Notes under the pieces: generated by a model | Database searches by the model: none | Told to the model about the DNA's origin: nothing | Seen by the model: only the letters and a program-made list of their open reading frames with translations | From: Bacteroidota bacterium | GTDB lineage: Bacteria > Bacteroidota > Bacteroidia > Chitinophagales > Chitinophagaceae | Direction: 5' to 3' | Assembly: GCA_041173245.1 (NCBI GenBank) | Contig: JBEDIY010000060.1 | Coordinates: forward strand, 15,640-79,639 | DNA length: 64,000 nt | Position numbers and translations under genes: made by a program | Shown here: in pieces, positions 56,751 to 64,000 of the stretch | Layout of the letters: every line of letters begins with the position of its first letter | Numbering within the stretch: the first letter of the stretch is position 1

Positions 56751-57296
56751 ATGAGCAGTACCAATCAGGCATATGATGCGGCTATTTTAGCTTGTAGAGA
56801 CATATTTATTAAAAAAACAAAAGACTACGGAACTGCTTGGCGCGTTTTACGCACCATTTCTGTGGTGGATCAAATATTTATTAAGGCACTTCGCATTAGA
56901 ACCATCCAAGATTTGCAAACCCAAAAAGTAGGAGATGATATCAATTCTGAATTTAAGGGGATTGTCAATTATGCGGTTATTGGTCTTATACAATTGGCGG
57001 TAGGTAATCCTCAAGTTGAAGAATTGCCTGTTGATCAGGTTGAAAAATTATATCTTCAATATGTAGATTTTGCGCGTCAAACCATGCTTGATAAAAACCA
57101 TGATTATGGGGAAGCTTGGCGTGATATGAGTCAAGAAAGTTTTGCCGATTTAATACTCATGAAACTTATGCGTATTAAACAAATTTTAGGAAACGACGGC
57201 AAAACGCTGATCAGTGAAGGCATCGACGCCAACTATGTAGACATTTTAAATTACTCCGTTTTTGCACTTATCTTAATTTCCGAAGGAAAACATTAA
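56751..57296 (+). CDS. DUF1599 domain-containing protein (internally duplicated)
   Basis: 181 aa. Two homologous halves: KTKDYGTAWRVLR...IKALRIRTI...IVNYAVIGL and KNHDYGEAWRDMS...MKLMRIKQI...ILNYSVFAL. Confidence 0.7.
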   Translation: MSSTNQAYDAAILACRDIFIKKTKDYGTAWRVLRTISVVDQIFIKALRIRTIQDLQTQKVGDDINSEFKGIVNYAVIGLIQLAVGNPQVEELPVDQVEKLYLQYVDFARQTMLDKNHDYGEAWRDMSQESFADLILMKLMRIKQILGNDGKTLISEGIDANYVDILNYSVFALILISEGKH

Positions 57297-57306
57297 AATC
57301 CCCAGC

Positions 57307-58404
57307 ATGAAAAAATTAAACACACCCATTAGAATATTTGTAGGATTGTTGTTTATATTTTCTGGACTTATTAAAGCCAATGATCCGCACGGATTAAGCT
57401 ATAAAATGCAGGAGTTTTTTGAAGTCTGGGGTTTTGACTTCTTAAACCCATTGAGCTTGTTTTCTTCACTTGGCATGAATGTACTAGAAGTATTTGCCGG
57501 TATTGCCATTATTGTAAATTGGCAAACCAAAAAAATTACATGGCTTTTATTTATTCTCATACTATTTTTCACCTTCCTAACAGGGTATGCTTTATTTTCT
57601 GGTAAAATTAAAACCTGTGGATGTTTTGGTGATTGCTTGCCGCTTACCCCAGCTATGTCATTTACCAAAGACATCATATTAGGTGTTCTTATTGTTATTT
57701 TATTAGCCACTAATTCTGGTAAAGCCAATAAAGGCATTTTTGGTAAAATTGTTTTGTATACCGTAACGCTTGGTACTGCTGCTTTTCAATGGTATGTTCT
57801 TAGTTACCTACCAATAGTAGATTGTTTGCCATTTAAAAAAGGCAACGATATTGTAGAACAAATGAAAGTACCTGTAGGCGCTATTCCGGATAGTACGTCG
57901 ATTGAATTTATGTATACCAAAAACGGAAAAGAAGTTCGTTTTGATCAAGTAAATTTCCCAACCGATTTTGATAGTACTTATGTCTATGTTGATAGAAAAG
58001 ACAAATTAGTTAAAAAAGGGAATGGCCTAGTTGCTAAAATTGTAGATTTTAATTTAACAACTAAATCAGGTACTGATACCACGGCTGCTTTATTTTCAAA
58101 TTCAAAACAGTATGTACTTGTTTTTGCAAAAGAAATGAATGGTGCAGAAAGCTGGAAAAATGAGTTTCAAACAATTTATAAAAAGTTACAGGCTCAAAAT
58201 ATTGATGTCATACTTGTTACACCAGAAGCAGAAAGAGCTGCTTCTATATTTGGCAATATTAATATTGTAACATCCGATGCCACCGTCATTAAAACAGCAG
58301 CGCGAGTTATTCCAACTTATTTTTTAATGCAACATGCAGTTATTAAAGAAAAAGTAGCAGCGCCATGTATTGACAAATTATTTACCACAATTAATAGTAA
58401 GTAA
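57307..58404 (+). CDS. DoxX/MauE-like membrane domain fused to a thioredoxin-fold-like domain (BT_3928-like family)
   Basis: 365 aa. Four N-terminal TM helices with a TCGCFGDC motif. The C-terminal soluble domain has a TlpA-like layout but no CxxC (VLVFAKEMNGAES). Confidence 0.6.
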   Translation: MKKLNTPIRIFVGLLFIFSGLIKANDPHGLSYKMQEFFEVWGFDFLNPLSLFSSLGMNVLEVFAGIAIIVNWQTKKITWLLFILILFFTFLTGYALFSGKIKTCGCFGDCLPLTPAMSFTKDIILGVLIVILLATNSGKANKGIFGKIVLYTVTLGTAAFQWYVLSYLPIVDCLPFKKGNDIVEQMKVPVGAIPDSTSIEFMYTKNGKEVRFDQVNFPTDFDSTYVYVDRKDKLVKKGNGLVAKIVDFNLTTKSGTDTTAALFSNSKQYVLVFAKEMNGAESWKNEFQTIYKKLQAQNIDVILVTPEAERAASIFGNINIVTSDATVIKTAARVIPTYFLMQHAVIKEKVAAPCIDKLFTTINSK

Positions 58405-59456
58405 TGATTCGTTTCATTACCAAAAAACTAGGGTATGGACTTCTCGTATTAATAGGGGTAGTGGTGGTCGTGTTTTTTTTGTTTCAAGGTTTTGGAGATC
58501 CTGCTCGTTTGGTACTGGGTCAAAGTGGCGATAGTGCCACCATTAGTAATATCAAAAAAGAATTGGCACTAGACCAGCCAAAATCCAAACAGTTTTTATT
58601 ATACCTAAACGATGTGTCGCCTATTGGACTTTATAGCGCATCCGAGATTGAATCTAAAAAATTAAGGGGTTATTTTATCCCTGTAGGTGAAAAGCAACTA
58701 GGGGTTAAATTCCCATACCTACGAAGGTCGTATCAGAGTAAAAAACAAGTCAGTGAAATACTCATGGAAGCCATACCGGGCACATTACTCCTTGCTTTTG
58801 CTGCGATGTTTGTAGCTACGGTGTTTGGGATATTATTAGGGATGTTAGCGGCCATTAAAAAAAATACCTGGATGGATAGCAGTGCCGTTTTTAGTAGTGT
58901 ACTTGGTATATCAGCACCTTCCTTTTTTATGGGTATTATCATTGCGTATTTTTTTGGATTTGTTTTAACAAAGTATACCGGCCTTCAAATGACGGGTAGT
59001 TTATTTAATATCGACCCATATGCAGGCAAAACACTTGAATTAAAAAACTTAATCTTACCAGCACTTACACTTGGATTAAGACCCATGGCCATTATAACGC
59101 AACTTACCAGAAGCGCAATGCTCGATGTGTTAGACCAAGATTATATTAGAACCGCAAAAGCAAAAGGACTCTCAAATAGTAGCATCTATTTTGTGCATGC
59201 TTTACCCAATGCTTTAAACCCCGTAATTACTGCAGTAACCGGATGGTTTGCCGAACTATTAGCCGGCGCCTTTTTTGTAGAATATATTTTTGGTTGGAAG
59301 GGTATCGGAAAAGTTACCGTGGATGCATTAGAAAAATTAGACTTTCCAGTTGTAATGGGCAGTGTACTAGTAACGGCCACTTTTTTTATGCTGGTAAATA
59401 TCTTGGCAGATATTTTATATGTAGTGGTAGACCCTCGGGTAAAACTTACTGAATAA
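58404..59456 (+). CDS. ABC transporter permease, DppB/OppB-like
   Basis: 350 aa, six TM helices, EAA loop DYIRTAKAKGLS. Its start overlaps the upstream stop (TAATG). No partner permease, ATPase or binding protein is adjacent. Confidence 0.85.
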   Translation: MIRFITKKLGYGLLVLIGVVVVVFFLFQGFGDPARLVLGQSGDSATISNIKKELALDQPKSKQFLLYLNDVSPIGLYSASEIESKKLRGYFIPVGEKQLGVKFPYLRRSYQSKKQVSEILMEAIPGTLLLAFAAMFVATVFGILLGMLAAIKKNTWMDSSAVFSSVLGISAPSFFMGIIIAYFFGFVLTKYTGLQMTGSLFNIDPYAGKTLELKNLILPALTLGLRPMAIITQLTRSAMLDVLDQDYIRTAKAKGLSNSSIYFVHALPNALNPVITAVTGWFAELLAGAFFVEYIFGWKGIGKVTVDALEKLDFPVVMGSVLVTATFFMLVNILADILYVVVDPRVKLTE

Positions 59457-59727
59457 TAACTTCTGAAATAATTTTTTCGCCAAATGCTTCATTGACCCTT
59501 TCGATGATTTGATTTTTCTGGTACATCAATTCATTTTTAAGTGGCCCAACACTTGTAGTGATAAAAAGCTTTTGGTTCACGATTTGAATTTTGTCGGTGT
59601 ATTGCGCAATGGTTTTACCCATTAACTTTTCCCAAATTTCTTCGATCTGAATAGCACGCACACCATTTTTTAAATGACTGCGTTGTAAAAATTTATGAAT
59701 GGCTTCGCCAATAGAATATTCAGACAT
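59446..59727 (-). CDS. DUF721 (DciA-like) protein
   Basis: About 93 aa from ATG 59727 (MSEYSIGEAI...), 1 nt after the recF stop. The position next to recF is conserved. The TTG start at 59748 would overlap recF by 20 nt. Confidence 0.65.
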   Translation of the reverse strand: MSEYSIGEAIHKFLQRSHLKNGVRAIQIEEIWEKLMGKTIAQYTDKIQIVNQKLFITTSVGPLKNELMYQKNQIIERVNEAFGEKIISEVIIQ

Positions 59728-59728
59728 A

Positions 59729-60817
59729 CTACAAAGGTAAGAGTTCAATCATTTGGAAAGGTGTATTAATTGCATGTAACTGCTGTTCAAGCCTTTGCGG
59801 ATGGGTATCAGAGATAAAAACCTGGCCATCAGAAGCAGTACATACCCATTGTAATAATTCATACATACGGCTTTCATCTAGTTTTTCAAATAAATCATCT
59901 AACAGTAAAATAGGAGTGAAGCCATTTTTTGTTTTTAGTACTTCCCATTCTGCTAATTTTAGCGCAAAGAGTAAACTTTTGCGTTGCCCTTGAGAAGCTT
60001 CGTTTTTAAAAGGAGTTTCATCCATGGTAAAAACTAGGTCGTCGCGGTGAATACCTTTTGTGGTTCGTTGCAAGGTGCAATCTTTTTGAAAATTTTGAGC
60101 AAGTAACACATCAAAGGGCATGGTTTGTAGAGGGCTTTCATATACCAAATTGATATGATCATCAGTAGCTGCAATTCTTTTATACACGTTGGCTACGAGC
60201 GGGAAAAAGTCTTTTAAAAATTCAGTTCTTTTTTCAAAAATATATTGACCATTACTTATAAGCTGGTTATTGAGTACTTCTAATAGTGTCGTATCTATTG
60301 GGCCATTGTCATTTAATTTCAACAAACTATTACGTTGTTGCAACACTTTATTGTACGCAATTAAATGTTGTAAATAGGGTGCGTCTATTTGTGAAAGTAA
60401 AGTGTCTAGGTATTTTCTTCTAGCTTCACTAGGGCCAATCATTAGCTCAATGTCATCGGGCGCAATCATGACTGTAGGATAGCGGCCAATATGATCCGAA
60501 AACTTTTTGTATTGTTCATCATTAACCAGGAGCTCCTTTTTATTATTTTCTCTTACAATACAAACTACTTTATGTGGCTTTCCAGCAATCGCATAATTGC
60601 CTTCTACACGTAGACCTTCAGTACCCCTTAAAACATTTTGAGCATCGGGGCGCGAAAAGTAACTCTTGGTAAGACTCAAATAGTAGATGCTATCTAATAA
60701 GTTGGTTTTGCCCGTTCCATTTTTGCCACAAATACCTACAATACGCTCCGTAAAAACAAAATCTCGGCGGGCGTAATTGCGAAACTGGGTCAGTGATAAA
60801 TGGTTAAGTTGGAACAT
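59729..60817 (-). CDS. recF: DNA replication and repair protein RecF
   Basis: 362 aa. Walker A GKNGTGKTNLLD, signature SQGQRKSL, Walker B ILLLDDLFEKLD. Confidence 0.92.
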   Translation of the reverse strand: MFQLNHLSLTQFRNYARRDFVFTERIVGICGKNGTGKTNLLDSIYYLSLTKSYFSRPDAQNVLRGTEGLRVEGNYAIAGKPHKVVCIVRENNKKELLVNDEQYKKFSDHIGRYPTVMIAPDDIELMIGPSEARRKYLDTLLSQIDAPYLQHLIAYNKVLQQRNSLLKLNDNGPIDTTLLEVLNNQLISNGQYIFEKRTEFLKDFFPLVANVYKRIAATDDHINLVYESPLQTMPFDVLLAQNFQKDCTLQRTTKGIHRDDLVFTMDETPFKNEASQGQRKSLLFALKLAEWEVLKTKNGFTPILLLDDLFEKLDESRMYELLQWVCTASDGQVFISDTHPQRLEQQLHAINTPFQMIELLPL

Positions 60818-60896
60818 CTTAGCAAATTAAAGCACTAGTTTTCAAATTATAGACACATTGTTTGGGGTAAACCAATTAATTTTATAAAAAAAACGG

Positions 60897-61418
60897 TTGA
60901 AAACGATATTATCTGAAGCCCAGCTCGCATTAACTGTAAAAAGGCTGGCACATCAAATTTTAGAAAACAACCTTCAATTAGCTGATACGGTGCTCATTGG
61001 ACTACAACCGCGTGGCATTTATTTAAGTGACCGTATTGTGCACGAGCTCATGCAGTTATTGCCTCCCAGTCAAATCGAATACGGAAAACTGGACATCACT
61101 TTTTATAGAGACGACGTGCGCAAGAGCCTTCATATTGCCAATGAAACGGATATCCCTTTTAGTATCGAAAACAAAAAAGTGGTTTTAATTGACGACGTTT
61201 TATATACCGGCCGCACCATTAGAGCTGCCCTAGACGCCTTATTGGCTTTTGGTAGACCTTCAAAAGTGTCTTTGTGTGTGCTAATTGATCGAAGATTTAG
61301 CAGAGAACTGCCGATTCAGCCAGATTATGCCGGAAAAGCCATTGACACCATTATTACCCAAAAGGTAAAAGTATGCTGGAAGGAGCGTGATCAGGTAGAC
61401 GAAGTTGTATTATTATAG
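60897..61418 (+). CDS. pyrR: bifunctional pyr operon regulator / uracil phosphoribosyltransferase PyrR
   Basis: 173 aa. PRPP-binding VVLIDDVLYTGRT. The typical PyrR N-terminus requires the TTG start at 60897. Confidence 0.88.
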   Translation: MKTILSEAQLALTVKRLAHQILENNLQLADTVLIGLQPRGIYLSDRIVHELMQLLPPSQIEYGKLDITFYRDDVRKSLHIANETDIPFSIENKKVVLIDDVLYTGRTIRAALDALLAFGRPSKVSLCVLIDRRFSRELPIQPDYAGKAIDTIITQKVKVCWKERDQVDEVVLL

Positions 61419-61464
61419 AGATCCATTTTACCAAACCAATTTTTTACTTTAGCTTTGTTTTTTA

Positions 61465-62391
61465 ATGAAACTATCTACCAAACACTTACTTGGTATTAAA
61501 GATCTCAACCGAGACGATATTCAATTAATTCTTTCTACTGCTGCTCAATTCAAAGAAGTTTTACAAAGGCCGGTAAAAAAAGTCCCATCTCTACGAGACG
61601 TAACGATTGTAAATTTATTTTACGAGAATTCAACCCGTACTAGAATGTCTTTTGAACTAGCAGAGCGTAGGCTATCTGCGGATACCCTCAATTTTGCAGC
61701 GAGCAGTTCGTCGGCAGCAAAGGGAGAAACGCTACTGGATACGGTCAATAATATCTTAAGCATGAAAGTGGATTTAGTGGTCATGAGGCATAGCGCTTCT
61801 GGCGCTCCCCATTTTTTAGCACAACATATTCCGGCTGCCATAGTAAATGCGGGTGATGGCATTAACGAACATCCTACCCAAGCCTTACTTGACGCCTTTT
61901 CGATGCAAGAGAAGTTTGGTAAGCTAGAAGGCCTTAAAGTAACCATTGTAGGAGATATCATGCACAGCAGGGTTGCTATGAGTAACATGTATTTACTTCA
62001 AAAAATGGGGGCCGAAATTACCATTGCAGGACCACCAACCCTAATTCCAAAATATATCCAAGAAGCGTTTAATGTACGCGTCGAATATAACTTACAAAAA
62101 GCCCTAGCATGGTGCGATGTAGCCAATGTGCTCCGTATTCAGCTGGAGCGTCAAAATCAGCCCTTATTTTCATCACTGCGCGAATACAATTTAGCCTACG
62201 GCATTAGCCGCTCGATGCTAGAAAGTATAAACAAAGAAATTGTAATCATGCACCCTGGCCCCATCAATAGAGGGGTAGAACTTGATAGTGATGTTGCCGA
62301 TGGGCCACATTCCATTATTTTAGACCAGGTAGAAAATGGGGTTGCTGTAAGAATGGCGGTTTTATATTTACTTGCCAATAGAGACCAATAA
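61465..62391 (+). CDS. pyrB: aspartate carbamoyltransferase catalytic subunit
   Basis: 308 aa. STRTR, HPTQ, HPGP motifs. Confidence 0.95.
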   Translation: MKLSTKHLLGIKDLNRDDIQLILSTAAQFKEVLQRPVKKVPSLRDVTIVNLFYENSTRTRMSFELAERRLSADTLNFAASSSSAAKGETLLDTVNNILSMKVDLVVMRHSASGAPHFLAQHIPAAIVNAGDGINEHPTQALLDAFSMQEKFGKLEGLKVTIVGDIMHSRVAMSNMYLLQKMGAEITIAGPPTLIPKYIQEAFNVRVEYNLQKALAWCDVANVLRIQLERQNQPLFSSLREYNLAYGISRSMLESINKEIVIMHPGPINRGVELDSDVADGPHSIILDQVENGVAVRMAVLYLLANRDQ

Positions 62392-62407
62392 GCCTTAAAT
62401 TTACACC

Positions 62408-62875
62408 ATGCGAATTTGCCTATTCCCCGGAACCTTTGACCCCGTAACCCTTGGTCACGTGGATATCATTAACCGTGCGCTCCCTCTTTTTGACAAGATT
62501 TATGTAGGTATTGGCATCAATTCATCTAAAAACCCCATGTTTAGTCCGGAGCAACGTATGGAATGGTTTAATGAAATTTACCAAGATGAGCCAAAAGTTG
62601 AAAGTGTTGGTTATGAAGGTCTTACAGTGAATTACTGTAATTTAATTGGAGCTAGATTTATATTAAGAGGCATAAGATATGTGAGTGATTTCGAATATGA
62701 AAAAACCATTGCCGACGCCAACCGCACCCTCGATAAACACATAGAAACCATCTTTTTAACAGGTGAACCCAAGTTCACATCTGTGGCATCTACCATTGTT
62801 AGAGACATTCTAAGAAACGGGGGAGACGCTTCTCCATTTTTACCCGACGCCGTTATCAAATCATTAAAGCGTTAA
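62408..62875 (+). CDS. coaD: pantetheine-phosphate adenylyltransferase
   Basis: 155 aa. FPGTFDPVTLGHVDI and ISSTIVR-like VASTIVRD motifs. Confidence 0.95.
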   Translation: MRICLFPGTFDPVTLGHVDIINRALPLFDKIYVGIGINSSKNPMFSPEQRMEWFNEIYQDEPKVESVGYEGLTVNYCNLIGARFILRGIRYVSDFEYEKTIADANRTLDKHIETIFLTGEPKFTSVASTIVRDILRNGGDASPFLPDAVIKSLKR

Positions 62876-62913
62876 TTTCCGTATTTCAGCAACAGAATCC
62901 TTCAAATTAGCTG

Positions 62914-62921
62914 TATTTTTG
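62914..62921 (+). promoter_or_regulatory. -7 promoter box TATTTTTG upstream of the bacilliredoxin gene
   Basis: Exact TAnnTTTG, 30 nt upstream of ATG 62951. Confidence 0.45.
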
Positions 62922-62950
62922 TGCTTTAATTACTATTAAAACATTCCAAT

Positions 62951-63367
62951 ATGTACCCAGCAGAGATTGTCCTTCCTATGAAGGCAGAATTAACAGACGC
63001 AGGTTTTGATGAAATGGTTACAGCCGCTGAAGTTTCAGAAACATTAGGTAAACAAGGAACCACGCTTGTGGTGATTAACTCGGTATGTGGTTGTGCTGCA
63101 GGCACTTGCAGACCAGGTGTATTAATGGCAGTTCAAAACGCCACTAACCGCCCAGACCGTTTAACCACTAGTTTTGCTGGTTTTGACGTAGAAGCGGTAA
63201 ACGAAGTACGTAAACTTTCGTTGCCTTACCCACCATCATCACCAGCCATCGCTTTATTTAAAGACGGTGTGCTTGTAAACCTAGTAGAAAGACATCAAAT
63301 TGAAGGTCGTCCGGCGCAAGTCATTGCCCAGCACCTGATCTCTATTTTTGATGAACATTGCAATTAA
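62951..63367 (+). CDS. BrxA/BrxB family bacilliredoxin (DUF1094)
   Basis: 138 aa. MYPAEIVLPMKAELTDAGF N-terminus and the redox motif VVINSVCGCAAG. Confidence 0.8.
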   Translation: MYPAEIVLPMKAELTDAGFDEMVTAAEVSETLGKQGTTLVVINSVCGCAAGTCRPGVLMAVQNATNRPDRLTTSFAGFDVEAVNEVRKLSLPYPPSSPAIALFKDGVLVNLVERHQIEGRPAQVIAQHLISIFDEHCN

Positions 63368-63402
63368 TTTATCTTAATTTTGTTTAGATGTGTTAGTAAG
63401 TA

Positions 63403-63434
63403 AGGGCTCCATGTAAGTGGAGCCTTCACTTTTA
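63403..63434 (+). terminator. possible terminator hairpin after the bacilliredoxin gene
   Basis: Stem AGGGCTCCA / TGGAGCCTT with a 6-nt loop. The T tract is weak (CACTTTT). Confidence 0.4.
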
Positions 63435-63457
63435 GAAATCAGCTCATATTCCTGCTT

Positions 63458-64000
63458 ATGTATCCAAATTTATATTACGCAGTCAAAGACCTTTTTGGAA
63501 TTGAAATTAATGGTCTTAAACTCATCAATTCTTTTGGCTTTTTTGTAGCCATTGCTTTTATTTCTGCATCAGCTGTTTTAAGCGCTGAATTAAAAAGAAA
63601 AGAAAAAGAAGGGCTACTCATACATGAGGAAGAAAAAATGATAATAGGAGCACCCGCTTCAATTCAGGAACTACTCTTCAATTTTTTACTCGGCTTTATT
63701 TTTGGATACAAAATTATAGGTGCATTTGTAGTACCTTCTGCACTTAATGACCCACAGGCATTTATACTTTCAACAAATGGAAGCGCACCAGTCGGAATCT
63801 TAACAGGTATTTTCTTTTTGATTTTAAAATGGTACGAAAAAAATAAAGTAAAACTTCCTAAGCCCGAAGAAAAAATATTTAAAATTTGGCCGCACGACAG
63901 GGTAGGTGATATTGTTTTATACGCGGCTATATTTGGTTTTTTAGGCGCTAAAATATTTCATAACCTTGAAAATTGGGGTGAATTTATAAAAGATCCTATT
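63458..64000 (+). CDS. lgt: prolipoprotein diacylglyceryl transferase, N-terminal 181 codons (runs off the window)
   Basis: Not in the ORF track because it has no stop. My own translation from ATG 63458 is open to the window end: MYPNLYYAVKDLFGIEINGLKLINSFGFFVAIAF...RVGDIVLYAAIFGFLGAKIFHNLENW. The TM pattern and N-terminus resemble long-form Bacteroidota Lgt. Confidence 0.55.
   Translation, partial: MYPNLYYAVKDLFGIEINGLKLINSFGFFVAIAFISASAVLSAELKRKEKEGLLIHEEEKMIIGAPASIQELLFNFLLGFIFGYKIIGAFVVPSALNDPQAFILSTNGSAPVGILTGIFFLILKWYEKNKVKLPKPEEKIFKIWPHDRVGDIVLYAAIFGFLGAKIFHNLENWGEFIKDPI

Overview
This window is a compact, almost fully coding chromosomal core segment of an AT-rich Bacteroidota genome. 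I call about 64 protein genes and 3 tRNAs, and most intergenic spacers are under 120 bp. The phylum assignment rests on repeated exact TAnnTTTG -7 promoter boxes, phylum-typical families (DUF4197, DUF4199, DUF1599, BT_3928-like, YfhO, DUF721), futalosine-pathway menaquinone genes and bacillithiol genes.

Most genes are housekeeping:
- Central and cofactor metabolism: lpdA, pdxJ, ahcY, tpiA, folP, coaD, mqnA.
- Translation: prfC, rimO, valS, lepA.
- Nucleotide metabolism: purE, purB, ndk, pyrR, pyrB.
- Other: tex, dapF, corA, recF, a partial lgt, and tRNA-Cys, tRNA-Gly and tRNA-Leu.

Reading by eye, I saw no CRISPR array, IS element or transposase, integrase, prophage, toxin-antitoxin pair or recognisable defence gene. 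I therefore cannot point to a clear-cut novel system.

The parts that are not ordinary housekeeping, and the best candidates for undescribed biology, are:
1. A seven-gene minus-strand block at 47208-53154. It joins an orphan heptose-phosphate branch (GmhA plus a zinc-site-less GmhB-like HAD phosphatase, with no kinase or nucleotidyltransferase in the window) to a GT4, a polyprenyl-phosphate GT2, DUF4199 and a dihydroorotase-like protein whose metal ligands are all substituted.
2. A glycosyltransferase island at 29991-36945: four GT2 genes, an FkbM methyltransferase and a YfhO-type GT-C membrane protein.
3. A DUF1599 / DoxX-MauE-like / orphan DppB-like permease operon divergent from folP.
4. 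An alkylglycerol-monooxygenase-like fatty-acid-hydroxylase protein.

Several ORF-track starts are over-extended because the track takes the longest ORF, often from a TTG. I re-set them where conserved N-termini, promoter boxes or neighbouring genes argue for it. All family assignments come from motif recognition and memory of family consensus. No database search was run.
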